Positions 28,567 through 39,071 of a stretch of DNA of 64,000 nt are shown here, piece by piece. A program made the translations under genes and the position numbers. The notes beneath the pieces are model-generated. The model did not search any database. It had not been told where the DNA came from and worked only from the letters and a program-made list of their open reading frames with translations. Position 1 is the stretch's first letter. Each line of letters starts with the position of its first letter. Origin of the DNA: a virus (taxonomy: Duplodnaviria > Caudoviricetes); IMG/VR virus record IMGVR_UViG_3300023218_000062; one strand, given 5' to 3'.

Positions 28567-30144
28567 ATGGTCAATTTACCAAACAAGGTGGCTACTATAG
28601 TTATAGAAGATTATGTCCATGCAACTATTGCGGGTTTACAAATAGAAGATACTAATGACTTGGTTGCCAAATATTCTGTATATACTAAGAATTACTTTTT
28701 TAATCCTGATTATCAAATGAACAGATGGGATGGTAAATTTAAATTTTTCACAAATGGAAACCGAACATATCTTAGCATTTTATTAGATATAGTAGATGAT
28801 TTAAAATCCAATGGCTATACGATAAAGATAAAAAACAATAGACATGATTTTAAGTTAGATATTATGCCGGTAAATAAAGATTACTTTTCTGAATATGGAT
28901 GGGAGCTAGGTGATCATCAAGTTAAAGCCATAAACAATATTTTAGAGGCACATGATGGAATAATACGAGTAGGTACCGGTGGTGGAAAAACATTAATCAC
29001 TGCGGTTCTTGCTGACATATATAGTAAAAAACAATTAAAAGTTATAGTAGTAGTACCAAATAAAGACCTTATACATCAGACCAAAGATGAAATTGCTTCA
29101 TTTAAGTTGGATGTTGGCGCATATTATGCAGATGAAAAAACAATTGATAAACCAATTGTTGTATCTACATGGCAATCATTGGTTAAAAACCCTAAACTAT
29201 TATCAACTTTTCATGCGGTCATGGTAGATGAATGTCATGGATCACAAGCACAGAGTTTATTTAAGCTTCTTTCTAATCAAGGAAAGAACATTCCGGTTAG
29301 AATAGGGCTGACTGGCACTATTCCAGAGCATATGTGTGATAAGTTGAAAGTTTTTTCAGTGTTGGGGCCAGTAAGGGCAAAAGTTCCTGCGAATTATTTA
29401 ATGAAGATAGGTTGGTTAGCTCAACTTAAACTTCTTATGGTAGAATATAAGGAAGATTTTACCGAAGAATGGAATAGATTCAAAGGGATTGCTGGGACGG
29501 AAGAAGATAAAAAAATGTCATATACTGAATTTAAAAACCATAAATTATTTCCTGCATATGAAAATGAAAAATCGTATTTAATACGAAATCCCGAAAGATT
29601 TGACAGTATTGCAAGTCTTGTTCAGTGTTTGACAAAAGAATATGGAAACTCTTTTATCTTAGTGAATACTATAGATTTTGGAAATAAATTACAAAAAATA
29701 CTAGGAGAAAATGCAATATTCATCAGTTCTAAAATAAAAGATAGAAAACCCATTTATGAAGCATTTAAGACGGAAAATGAAATTATTGGTATAGCTACAT
29801 ATAATCTTGCTAGTACTGGCCTCAATATACCTAGAATATTTAATATGTTTCTAATTGATGGTGGCAAATCTTCTATTAAAATTGTGCAGTCTATTGGGAG
29901 AGGGCTTAGAAAAGCTAAAGACAAGGAAAGCGTAAACCTTATAGATATATACTCAAATGTTAAATTTTCTATGCGACATGCTAGAAAAAGAAAAAAAATA
30001 TACAAAGAAGAAAAATATTTTTTTGACCATATAAAAGTAGATCATGAAAATAAAGAAATGACTGTACAAAAATGTTTAAAGAAAGTAAAATTGCTTAATC
30101 GCGACCCTAAAAAAGAAGAACTGGAAAAGGAAGTATTAGAATAA
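28567..30144 (+). CDS. uvsW: UvsW-like SF2 DNA helicase
   Basis: GTGGGKT, MVDECH, GLTGT, STGLNIPRI, QSIGRGLR. Confidence 0.9.
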   Translation: MVNLPNKVATIVIEDYVHATIAGLQIEDTNDLVAKYSVYTKNYFFNPDYQMNRWDGKFKFFTNGNRTYLSILLDIVDDLKSNGYTIKIKNNRHDFKLDIMPVNKDYFSEYGWELGDHQVKAINNILEAHDGIIRVGTGGGKTLITAVLADIYSKKQLKVIVVVPNKDLIHQTKDEIASFKLDVGAYYADEKTIDKPIVVSTWQSLVKNPKLLSTFHAVMVDECHGSQAQSLFKLLSNQGKNIPVRIGLTGTIPEHMCDKLKVFSVLGPVRAKVPANYLMKIGWLAQLKLLMVEYKEDFTEEWNRFKGIAGTEEDKKMSYTEFKNHKLFPAYENEKSYLIRNPERFDSIASLVQCLTKEYGNSFILVNTIDFGNKLQKILGENAIFISSKIKDRKPIYEAFKTENEIIGIATYNLASTGLNIPRIFNMFLIDGGKSSIKIVQSIGRGLRKAKDKESVNLIDIYSNVKFSMRHARKRKKIYKEEKYFFDHIKVDHENKEMTVQKCLKKVKLLNRDPKKEELEKEVLE

Positions 30145-30145
30145 T

Positions 30146-30640
30146 ATGATGTTTTTAGATGAAAATAATTATCCTATAGTATTAGAGAGCATCGATATTC
30201 CTACTGAGTCGGAATATTTTTGGTCTTTTTCTTTAAAAGAAAAGGATTTTATGCTAAATGAAATAATAACGTTTGAGGAAATGGAAATATCTTCACTACT
30301 TGTATCTATAATGGGGTATGTAATAGAATTACCAACAAATTGGAATATATTAATATATTCACAAGAAACCTCACAACTGGATATATTAGAAGTGCATGAA
30401 TTGACTAAAGGTAATTATGATGCGGTAGTGTATAACCATAAACTAGATTACGTAGAATCTGGAATGGGGTTAGTTAGAGTATTGGACTACTGTCCTTCTA
30501 CTAAAATACGAACACCCTCATTACATAAGAGTACAATGCTATGTCATCCCATTGGTCCAACACATTGGATATGCGTGTCACCAACAGATAACTACAATAA
30601 ATATTTAAAGAATAGTGTAATAGGAGATCTCTATTTATGA
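30146..30640 (+). CDS. Hypothetical protein
   Basis: 164-aa ORF coupled to uvsW. Confidence 0.6.
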   Translation: MMFLDENNYPIVLESIDIPTESEYFWSFSLKEKDFMLNEIITFEEMEISSLLVSIMGYVIELPTNWNILIYSQETSQLDILEVHELTKGNYDAVVYNHKLDYVESGMGLVRVLDYCPSTKIRTPSLHKSTMLCHPIGPTHWICVSPTDNYNKYLKNSVIGDLYL

Positions 30641-31128
30641 ATAAGAAAACAAAGAAAAAGTTTACAGTTCCTGAGTTTAAAACTTGGTTAACCGGAATTA
30701 TGCAATTTCAGAATAAAGACTGGTCGCCTAATCGTGAGCAATGGGAAGAAATATATTCTAAGATAATGTACCTGAAAGAGCCAGTTACCATGGAAAAACT
30801 ATCATTAACTGATGATGCTCTGGATGAAATTAATAATATAGTGTATTATCATATTACAGACGCTTTAAAGGAAAAAATTTCTCAGCAGCTTCAACAAGCA
30901 CAACCACAACCACATACGCAACCTATAATGGGCCAACAAACTCCTATACCAAATCCAAACCCAAATCCAAATCCAAATTTACAACCTGATTCTAATTTAG
31001 CCAATGTCTCTCTAAGCGAATTAAAGAAACAGGCCGAAGAAAAGGCGAGTGCTATTGGAAGTCAACAATCCTCCCATAAACTGCCAGATCAAATCGAAAG
31101 TAATAGCATCCCAGAAGATTATGTATAA
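30637..31128 (+). CDS. Hypothetical protein with Q/P/N-rich linker
   Basis: 163-aa ORF, ATGA overlap; (PN)n repeat. Confidence 0.6.
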   Translation: MNKKTKKKFTVPEFKTWLTGIMQFQNKDWSPNREQWEEIYSKIMYLKEPVTMEKLSLTDDALDEINNIVYYHITDALKEKISQQLQQAQPQPHTQPIMGQQTPIPNPNPNPNPNLQPDSNLANVSLSELKKQAEEKASAIGSQQSSHKLPDQIESNSIPEDYV

Positions 31129-31142
31129 TAAATAATATCCAC

Positions 31143-31715
31143 ATGGGAAGAAGCATATACTATGAAAAATTAAATTTTAGGGATTTATGGATTGACGGGA
31201 AAAGCTCCATAAATATAAATGGGCTGTATGATAAAATTTTGACAGGAGATTTAAATTTTTTTGGCTCTGATGTTGTGTCAGAAAACGCCAAACAAGAAAT
31301 TATTAGGTTTGCTTCGTTGTCAAATATAGAAATGCCTAAAGTTACTGTAAAATCTAGTCCCACCAATAATTCTCTTAACACTAGTTTTGCCATTCCGAAA
31401 AGTTATATGGATGCAGATATTCAAAAAATAATCATGCAAAGTTTTAAAAAACGGCATAATATTTCTAATATGAGTAATAAAGAAAAAGAAAAAAGATTAT
31501 ATAGAATTGCAGATGAAATCGAAAAATATAACGAGTTAGGTATGTATGATGTACTTCGATGTATGATATATATAATTGATACTTTTAAAGAGAATAATGT
31601 AATATGGGGCCCCGGAAGAGGGAGTGCATGTTGTTCGTATATATTATATTTGTTAGAAGTACATGATATAGATAGTTTTTATTTTGAATTAGATATTAAG
31701 GAATTCTTGAGGTAA
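31143..31715 (+). CDS. DNA polymerase III alpha-like fragment 1 (GRGS-motif half)
   Basis: RL..IADEIE...KENNVIWGPGRGSACCSYILYLLEVHDIDS..FELDIKEFLR aligns with DnaE GPGRGS...DLDPL.FDLLFERFL. Confidence 0.8.
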   Translation: MGRSIYYEKLNFRDLWIDGKSSININGLYDKILTGDLNFFGSDVVSENAKQEIIRFASLSNIEMPKVTVKSSPTNNSLNTSFAIPKSYMDADIQKIIMQSFKKRHNISNMSNKEKEKRLYRIADEIEKYNELGMYDVLRCMIYIIDTFKENNVIWGPGRGSACCSYILYLLEVHDIDSFYFELDIKEFLR

Positions 31716-31855
31716 CATCTCTAATCTAACATCTTATCTTACATATTCACTAAATGTCAAGTAAAAAATGTATTACTAAATACTATAGAATATAGACAAA
31801 TAAACAAAGAGAGAGAGATCTTTTTGGGTTTGGAAAGAAAAGGAGAATATTATAT

Positions 31856-32153
31856 ATGGCTACTAGAAAAACAACCAGTGTTAAAGGCGAAATAGTAGAT
31901 TTTGATCTGCTGGAAACTAAGCAAAAAATAGAACAATAAACCTAGAATTATGGACGTGCAGAAAAGAGAAGATTTTGTTCATAGACGGAGGAGAAAAAGT
32001 AGACGTTCTTCCATGGATAACATTAAAGATAATAAAAATCCGAGTCCAGAAATAAAAAAAGAAGAAACAAAAACTAAAACCACGCCAAAAAATACTAATA
32101 AAAAGAGAACTATTGTTAAAAAAGATACATCAAAAAATGAGGAAAATAAATGA
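31856..32153 (+). pseudogene. Small basic protein split by a +1 frameshift near 31932-31939
   Basis: Strong aaggag RBS and ATG 31856 give 27 codons then TAA; removing one base joins it to ORF 31950-32153. Confidence 0.45.
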
Positions 32154-32470
32154 AATCGATTAATTTAATTGAAGATAAAATAGCATTTACGTTTTTAGAA
32201 AATACGAGTAATAGGGGATTTTCCAAAAAAACAGATGCAGGACTTATTGTGCAAGAGAATGAAGAGCATCAAATAAATCAAGCAAGATGGGGAAAAATAC
32301 TTAAGTGCTCGCCAAATGTTACAGAAGTAAAAAAATCTCAGTTCATATTAATAGAGCCAATGGAATGGACGCGAGCTATAAAATTGGATGAAGTTTCCGA
32401 TGAAGAATTCTGGATAACTAGTGAAAGCAAAGTGTTAGCTGTAAGTGATACAGAACCAGAACTAATTTGA
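32150..32470 (+). CDS. GroES-like co-chaperonin (T4 gp31-type)
   Basis: I..+EDKI, KT.AGLIV, WGKILK.SPNV.EVKK..FIL pattern; 106 aa. Confidence 0.65.
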   Translation: MKSINLIEDKIAFTFLENTSNRGFSKKTDAGLIVQENEEHQINQARWGKILKCSPNVTEVKKSQFILIEPMEWTRAIKLDEVSDEEFWITSESKVLAVSDTEPELI

Positions 32471-33450
32471 TAAATATTATTATAAAAAAAACAAATATGA
32501 CATTTTTAATTTTAATGATATGTGGCACGTTACTTATAGCTAGTGCAGCTGTATTTTTTAGTGTGCTTGGATTAGTGCAAACCTTTTCAGAAACCGCCGT
32601 TTATTGGGGTACTGCAATTGAGGTTGCGAAACTAATATTAGCGTCCTTTTTATATAGATTTTGGGATAAAACTACTAAAATATCTAAAGTAATTATAATT
32701 ATTTTAATAATGTTTTTGATGACTATAACTTCATTAGGGATATATGGTCATATAATAACATCTTACCAAGAAGGCAATTTACAAGTAACAAATCAGAATA
32801 TAAAATTAGAAACTGCCCAAAACAGAGTTGATAGGACATTAGAAAAAATAGAAATAATAAATGAAAGAATAGACGACAATAAATCTCGTATACAAGATAT
32901 AGATGATGAAATATCTAGGGTCCCTGATAATTTTGTTACCGTTAGGAGGGAATTAATACAAGAAAGAGAACCTGAAAAAACCGAACTTAGAAATAGAATA
33001 GATGAATTGTTTAGTGAACGAGAAAAATTATTTAATGAATTAGAAAAGCAGCAGGAAAATATTTCTGTATTACGAATAGAAACGGGAGAAGTGGAACAGA
33101 AAGTGGGTCCTATAATATTTGTTGTAGAAACTCTAGGAGCTACAGGAGAAAAAGCCGTATTTTGGTTTGTTCTTATCATTGTACTTTCATTTGACCCTGC
33201 CGCAGTGGCATTAACTGTATATACTAATAAAGTAGCTATGTCGTTAAAAGAGAATAAGCAGCCCCCCTACGCAATAACATCTACGGTTAATGAAGAAAAC
33301 AAATCTGATAATGAAGGGCTGAAACAGTTTTTTACTGGAGTGAATGATTCTATAAAGGAAAACAATAAACGGCTAAAACAAATGCAAGAAACATTCGATA
33401 AAGATAAAAAACGAAAAAAACTAATTGACGAGGTAAAAAACAGAAGTTGA
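32467..33450 (+). CDS. Multi-pass membrane protein with coiled-coil
   Basis: Three N-terminal hydrophobic helices, long coiled coil, further TM with FDPAAV. Confidence 0.6.
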   Translation: MINIIIKKTNMTFLILMICGTLLIASAAVFFSVLGLVQTFSETAVYWGTAIEVAKLILASFLYRFWDKTTKISKVIIIILIMFLMTITSLGIYGHIITSYQEGNLQVTNQNIKLETAQNRVDRTLEKIEIINERIDDNKSRIQDIDDEISRVPDNFVTVRRELIQEREPEKTELRNRIDELFSEREKLFNELEKQQENISVLRIETGEVEQKVGPIIFVVETLGATGEKAVFWFVLIIVLSFDPAAVALTVYTNKVAMSLKENKQPPYAITSTVNEENKSDNEGLKQFFTGVNDSIKENNKRLKQMQETFDKDKKRKKLIDEVKNRS

Positions 33451-33508
33451 AATTTTCCCCTCAAGCATGTATTATTCCACCATAATTTAAATATGGAATA
33501 ATACATGC
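33448..33508 (+). promoter_or_regulatory. Perfect 15-bp inverted repeat burying RBS and ATG of clamp-loader gene, with internal promoter
   Basis: gcatgtattattcca (33465-33479) / tggaataatacatgc (33494-33508); TTGAAA-N16-TATTAT (33448-33475); TAAATA in loop. Confidence 0.65.
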
Positions 33509-34446
33509 CTACAAAACTTTGGTGGACCAAACATAGACCGGACACATTAAAAAATTTTATATTTCAAAACACTGATCAGGAAAGACAAATTAATAAATTT
33601 ATATCAGATGGGGATATACCCCATCTTCTTTTTTATGGTGTCAGAGGCTCAGGAAAAACCACTTTGGCTTATATATTAATAAATCATTTGGTTGAGAAGG
33701 AGAATATGTCAGATGTATTAGTGATCAATGGCTCATTAGATGGTAAAATAGATGGCATACGCACTAAACTCATAAACCATGTAACTTCTGTTCCTATGGG
33801 TGACAAAAAGATTGTATTTATTGATGAAGCAGATGGGCTATCATTGAGCGCCCAAAATTCACTTAGAGGTATATTAGAAAAATATGAATCTAATTCAAGA
33901 GTAATATTTACTGCAAATTACATTAATAAATTGACGCCCGAATTAAGATCAAGATTCTCAGAATTTAGATTTTCTAAACTTAGCGCGTCTAAAATATTAG
34001 AATACTGTATCGATATATTGGATTCTGAAGGTGTAGATATTGAAAATAAGAGTAATATCGAAGTACTTAAAACTCTTTCTAAAGCATATTCCCATGATTT
34101 TCGGCAACTAATAACTGCACTACAAAATGCCACTGATGATAATAAATTATGTGCCAGTGCGGTTGATGATGGCACATTGAGCGACAAATTAGATCTAATA
34201 GATTTAATGAATAAAGATAATTGGATACAGGCTAGAGAACTTGTGGCGGAGAATTTTTCGGATGAAGAACTTGTAGAGGTTTATCGATTCTTATATGATT
34301 ACTTATACGAAATAGAAAAGTTTGCAGATAACAATAAATGGAAGCGGGGGATTATTATAATATCAGATTATATGTATCGCCATGCAATACACCCTGACCA
34401 AGAAGTAAACTTTGCAAGCTGTCTAATAAAACTATCGGAGATATAA
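33505..34446 (+). CDS. gp44: Sliding-clamp loader AAA+ subunit (T4 gp44-like)
   Basis: W..KHRP.T, GVRGSGKTT, FIDEADGL, LRSRF (SRC-like). Confidence 0.9.
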   Translation: MPTKLWWTKHRPDTLKNFIFQNTDQERQINKFISDGDIPHLLFYGVRGSGKTTLAYILINHLVEKENMSDVLVINGSLDGKIDGIRTKLINHVTSVPMGDKKIVFIDEADGLSLSAQNSLRGILEKYESNSRVIFTANYINKLTPELRSRFSEFRFSKLSASKILEYCIDILDSEGVDIENKSNIEVLKTLSKAYSHDFRQLITALQNATDDNKLCASAVDDGTLSDKLDLIDLMNKDNWIQARELVAENFSDEELVEVYRFLYDYLYEIEKFADNNKWKRGIIIISDYMYRHAIHPDQEVNFASCLIKLSEI

Positions 34447-34451
34447 TAGCC

Positions 34452-34754
34452 ATGAGATTGACAGAAGAACAGGTAAAAAACGAATTAAAGGAAGTAAGTA
34501 AATTTGCAGATAATGCAGAAAAATTATCGTGGCAACGCAAATATAAAAAATTACAAAAATTAATAGATGAACTAAAACCATATGAAGAAAAAATGCTTCA
34601 ATTATATCAAGAGAGAATGCCTATTATGGATAAAATACATATGTTGCGTCAAATGATGGTAAATGAATGTATTCATCCTAAAAACTATCTAACACATAAA
34701 GGAACCTATATACACTGTAAATTTTGTGATAAAATAATAGCGCCCAAGAGATAA
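34452..34754 (+). CDS. Hypothetical protein
   Basis: 100 aa, C-terminal C.H...CKFC. Confidence 0.55.
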   Translation: MRLTEEQVKNELKEVSKFADNAEKLSWQRKYKKLQKLIDELKPYEEKMLQLYQERMPIMDKIHMLRQMMVNECIHPKNYLTHKGTYIHCKFCDKIIAPKR

Positions 34755-35183
34755 ATGGATATATTTGAACAAATTTCTAAAATAGATTCACAGGATTTTA
34801 AAGCTATCAAGGATGAGAAATTTTTTAAAGATTTTTTTCCGCTGCTGGTGCTTCGTTGGTATTCAGGTACTAAAGATCCTGTCCAAATTCAACTCTTAAA
34901 TTCATTAGTGAATCCTATGATATTTTCTCTTCATAAGGAAAAGACACTTTTATATTATCTTTTCTGCTGTTGCTCTTCAGGAAAGGGCAAACGTTATTCA
35001 TGGATAAAACGACCGAAAAAGGTTAATGTAGATGTTGTAAGAATGATATGTTCGTATTACGGGATTAGTACCAATGAAGCTAAATATGCTATCAAAAATT
35101 TAAACAAAGAAGATTTACTTGAAATATTAGATTATATGGATTATGATAATAAAAAGTATAACAAAATAAAAAAAGCAATATGA
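34755..35183 (+). CDS. Clamp loader small subunit (T4 gp62-like)
   Basis: F.PLLVLRWYSG...Y+W+K...YYG+S..EA; adjacent to gp44. Confidence 0.55.
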   Translation: MDIFEQISKIDSQDFKAIKDEKFFKDFFPLLVLRWYSGTKDPVQIQLLNSLVNPMIFSLHKEKTLLYYLFCCCSSGKGKRYSWIKRPKKVNVDVVRMICSYYGISTNEAKYAIKNLNKEDLLEILDYMDYDNKKYNKIKKAI

Positions 35184-35869
35184 TACCAATCTATTATCAA
35201 TGTGACTTCTGTGATAAGACATTTGTAAATGAAAAGAACTTAAAAAAACATAATTGTGATTTTAAAGATCGTTATGAATTTATCGTAAATACCCCAGTTG
35301 GCCAATCTATGTATAGTTTATATATTTTTTGGTTGAGATCTAATGCAAAAAATACGAAATATGTTGACAAGCATACTTTTATACATTCTATACATTATAA
35401 GCCGTTTAAAAGATTTATGGATTTTTGCAAGAAAAAATCTATACCAAACAAAAAAACATATATAAAAATATGTAATAGTTATAATTTATCTCCTAAAGAT
35501 TGGTCTAATGAAAGTACGTATGAAACTTTTTTAGAAATATATGATGAATTGATACCTGTAAACAAACAAATAGATATATCACTTGAAACATTATATCAGC
35601 TTTCGGATGCTTTAGAGATAGAAATAAATAACGTGTTTACGGAATTGGATCCTCGGGATGTTGCAAAACTGATTAAGAGTAGAAAAATATCTCCATGGTT
35701 ATTTTTAAACAGCAAAAAGTTTAAAGAGTTCTTAATTAATTATGCTAGTGCTGATATAAGAAACCATATACAAAAATCAACAAATACAGAACGATGGAAG
35801 GAAATATTTAATAAAAACTCTAAAAAACGTAATACAGTTCGCAAAATAATTAAACAGTTAGGGTTGTAA
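35180..35869 (+). CDS. Hypothetical protein with N-terminal C2H2-like zinc finger
   Basis: CDFCDKTF....L.KH.C. Confidence 0.6.
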   Translation: MIPIYYQCDFCDKTFVNEKNLKKHNCDFKDRYEFIVNTPVGQSMYSLYIFWLRSNAKNTKYVDKHTFIHSIHYKPFKRFMDFCKKKSIPNKKTYIKICNSYNLSPKDWSNESTYETFLEIYDELIPVNKQIDISLETLYQLSDALEIEINNVFTELDPRDVAKLIKSRKISPWLFLNSKKFKEFLINYASADIRNHIQKSTNTERWKEIFNKNSKKRNTVRKIIKQLGL

Positions 35870-35975
35870 TATATTCTTATATTATACTATATGGATGGGT
35901 GGTTTTCTTCTTGACAATTTATTTTTATCGTTAACGATAAATAAGTAATGAATAAATATTTTTAATTTATACTAA

Positions 35976-36611
35976 ATGGTTAACTGTCAATCATCCTCAT
36001 ATGAAATAAATAAAACTGATTCTGGAACTGATCCTATATTACTATTAAAGGGTAAGATAGACCAAGATTCACTTGATATAACCTTACTCGGGAAGAGACG
36101 TAGAGAATATGGTGAAATTTTTAATGAAAATTTACTTCATCTTCTAGAAAATTTTGCTTCACCTGAAGATTCTTCAAATCCGGGAAATCCAGATACATCG
36201 GTAACATCAGGAAATTTATTAGAAAATCCTACGGTTGGCCAGTTTTGGTATAATTCGACAGTTCATCATTTATATTATTATACCGGCACTAAATGGAAAT
36301 CATTATCCCAATCAGGTGATGTGGCAGGAAATTATGGGACTATCCTTGATGGTGAACAAATACCACAACCAGTTAGTCCTGTTACAGGATATATTTTTCC
36401 ATACTCGGAATGTACGTGGGTAGTGTCTCCAACAGGATATGATTCTAATATAGATTTTATGAAATGTTTTACTGATTTAGCAGCAAACGTTGTGTTTAAA
36501 TTTAGAAAAAATGGGTCTTCTACCCTGTTTAGTGGGATTGCGAACTATTTGATAATAGGAATTCGGAACGATAGCAATGCTGGCGAGCAAATAATGCCAC
36601 AAGATCCATAA
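35976..36611 (+). CDS. Tail/baseplate-associated structural protein (paralog 1)
   Basis: [35 protein letters not shown].+SP shared with 36851 and 39072. Confidence 0.6.
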   Translation: MVNCQSSSYEINKTDSGTDPILLLKGKIDQDSLDITLLGKRRREYGEIFNENLLHLLENFASPEDSSNPGNPDTSVTSGNLLENPTVGQFWYNSTVHHLYYYTGTKWKSLSQSGDVAGNYGTILDGEQIPQPVSPVTGYIFPYSECTWVVSPTGYDSNIDFMKCFTDLAANVVFKFRKNGSSTLFSGIANYLIIGIRNDSNAGEQIMPQDP

Positions 36612-36668
36612 TATTCAGATGCGTAAAAGTTATAAATATAACTTGATTATAAATAATTTTTTAAAATA

Positions 36669-36842
36669 ATGTACATATTAGTTAACACAAAAAATGTTAT
36701 AGTAGCAAGCTCAAATAGAAAACCCAGCGAAGAAATGGCGTCTGCCAACAATCAGCGGGTATATGAATTGGATGACTCCGAGTTTAATACGGAAATGATA
36801 GGATCAGTGTTAGAAGATTTTATATTGGTAGAGGAAAACTAA
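36669..36842 (+). CDS. Small hypothetical protein (57 aa)
   Basis: ATG 36669 to TAA 36842 after late promoter 36631; below ORF-track cutoff. Confidence 0.45.
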   Translation: MYILVNTKNVIVASSNRKPSEEMASANNQRVYELDDSEFNTEMIGSVLEDFILVEEN

Positions 36843-36850
36843 AAATTTCA

Positions 36851-38497
36851 ATGTCTGAATATAAACTAGATTTTACTGACATACAAACAGATTCTATATT
36901 TGTAGATTCTCGTGATATTGATACAGAGAGTGTTGATATAACTCTCTTTGGGTTTAAACGATTAAATTATGGAGAAGAATTAAATGAGAATTTTGTACAT
37001 CTCTTAGAAAATTTTGCATCAGAAGAAGACCCCTCTAATCCCGGTAACCCAGATACGTCTAAAACTAATTCTATTATTTCTCCCAATGGCGATCCTTTAT
37101 TAAAAAATGGAAAGCAAATAGAGGGTCAAATTTGGTTTAATAAATCTAATTTTTTACCATACATATATCATGATAATGAATGGAGACCTTTAGATGCTGT
37201 TGGTGAAGAAATAACGGCAAATTGGGGCCAAATATTAAATGGAGAACAGATACCAAGACCTGCAACAAATGACGGATATGTTTTTCCTTACTCAGAATGT
37301 AGTTGGATTGTATCTCCTTTTAATCAGTTGGATACTTTAGAAACTATGGTATGTAGAACCGATGAAAATGCTAATGTTACCATGGAATATGTATTTTCGG
37401 GGTCGGGCTCTCCAGAATCTGCTGTAGCAAATTATATGATTGTAGGGATTACAGGTAATAATAATTTAGGTGATATTCAAGATCCTAATCCACCCCCTAC
37501 GCCTACTCCTTCAGGAAGCATGGGGGCGACGCCTACACCTTCGGCAAGTGTAGGGGCCTCACCTACGCCTACACCTACGCCTACACCCGATTCATTAACT
37601 CTGACTATTAATGATCCGTTCTCTGCATCATGTGCTGCTAGCTCTGGCAGTCAATGTATTGCTACAGATCAAATAGTCTTAGGAACGGATTATAATATCG
37701 CTGGTGGTAGTGGTAACTTTTCTTATAATTGGAGTTATTTTGGCGGGGATGTGTTTAGTATATCTAATCCGTCAAGCCCTAATCCTAGTCTTAGTAGAAA
37801 ATTGTTCACCGGATTAACCGGATCAGGCATCGGAACTATTCAAGTTTCTGACCTAGAAACAGGAGAAACCACATTTGGATCTTTTACATTTAATACTATA
37901 CATAACGAATCATTGGCACCAACTCCAAGCCAGACTCCTACTTCTACACCTGCACCATCAAATAGTGCAGATGTGACACCAACACCCACGCCTACACCAT
38001 CAAATAGTGCGGGTGTAACTCCAACTCCTACACCATCAATTAGTGCAACTCCTACGCCCACTCCTACGCCCACTCCTACACCATCAGAAATATTGAGTGG
38101 GACCATTTCGGATGGTGCAATAACTACAGTGGCGGTGGTCACAGATAATCCAGCAACATTATCAATATCATTATTAACTGATGGTTCAATCGACGGAAAC
38201 CCATCAAATAGTACTACGGGAGCAAACACATGGGCAATATTTAATTCCGGCTTTGATGCGTCGGACTTTAATTATCAAATAATTGATATACAACAAGCAA
38301 ATGTATTATCATTTACAGGGCCGTCAGAAGGTTCTGTTGGAAGTTTATCGAGTGACTTAATATACAGTGCAGAAATGGGCGGTAGCTCAGTAGACCGAAA
38401 CTTAACTATAATCTTAGATATCGTAGATGTTAATAATTCCACTAATGTTGGACGGATAAATTTAACCTTAACGACTGAACCCTCTACTGCTCCATAA
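36851..38497 (+). CDS. Tail/baseplate-associated structural protein with Pro-Thr-Ser linkers (paralog 2)
   Basis: Same N-terminal module; PTPTP tracts near 37490-37590 and 37915-38085. Confidence 0.6.
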   Translation: MSEYKLDFTDIQTDSIFVDSRDIDTESVDITLFGFKRLNYGEELNENFVHLLENFASEEDPSNPGNPDTSKTNSIISPNGDPLLKNGKQIEGQIWFNKSNFLPYIYHDNEWRPLDAVGEEITANWGQILNGEQIPRPATNDGYVFPYSECSWIVSPFNQLDTLETMVCRTDENANVTMEYVFSGSGSPESAVANYMIVGITGNNNLGDIQDPNPPPTPTPSGSMGATPTPSASVGASPTPTPTPTPDSLTLTINDPFSASCAASSGSQCIATDQIVLGTDYNIAGGSGNFSYNWSYFGGDVFSISNPSSPNPSLSRKLFTGLTGSGIGTIQVSDLETGETTFGSFTFNTIHNESLAPTPSQTPTSTPAPSNSADVTPTPTPTPSNSAGVTPTPTPSISATPTPTPTPTPTPSEILSGTISDGAITTVAVVTDNPATLSISLLTDGSIDGNPSNSTTGANTWAIFNSGFDASDFNYQIIDIQQANVLSFTGPSEGSVGSLSSDLIYSAEMGGSSVDRNLTIILDIVDVNNSTNVGRINLTLTTEPSTAP

Positions 38498-38568
38498 TGA
38501 TAATCTTAAATTTTAATCAAATATAATAAATATAAATATAAATGTAGTGACAAAAAAGGAGAACTAAA

Positions 38569-39024
38569 ATGGAATTAATAATTTTAGGAGTAGGAGCAGT
38601 AATTATGGGCCTTGTGGTATTTGCCTTTGTACGTAGTGGAAATGATAATAATTCGGAAAATATTACAGAAGTTGATGATACTTTTGTTTCATTTTCTTCG
38701 TTTGAACAACTTCCAAATGAAAATGTTCAAACTAGTATAAAATTTGTAAAAGATGGTAGGGTTTTGAAATCTTCTATAGTGTTGGGAAATATTTTAACCG
38801 ATGAAGATATTGGTTCTTGGGGAATTGATTCTTTTAATAATACACCAAGTTTTGCTCTAGTTGACATCGAAGGAAATTTATCTGGGCCTAGAAATGGAAT
38901 ATTAGATTCTACTATTGAATGGTTTATAACACCAGCACAAAGAAGTAGCGCTATAATTGAATTAACCGATGGAGTTACGACTAAGCGATTTAGGATTATA
39001 TTAACATCGCGGGTTATCGGATAA
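38569..39024 (+). CDS. Hypothetical membrane-anchored protein
   Basis: N-terminal TM; aggag RBS; late promoter 38531. Confidence 0.55.
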   Translation: MELIILGVGAVIMGLVVFAFVRSGNDNNSENITEVDDTFVSFSSFEQLPNENVQTSIKFVKDGRVLKSSIVLGNILTDEDIGSWGIDSFNNTPSFALVDIEGNLSGPRNGILDSTIEWFITPAQRSSAIIELTDGVTTKRFRIILTSRVIG

Positions 39025-39071
39025 TTATTAAAGGATTTACAATTATATAATTGTAGATTATAATATATAAA

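Noticed and set aside
31716-31760. Second antisense promoter into DnaE fragment 1 (minus TTGACA near 31755-31760)
   Set aside because: Best -10 (TAAGAT) needs an 18-nt spacer and the region is AT-rich and repetitive; too weak to call
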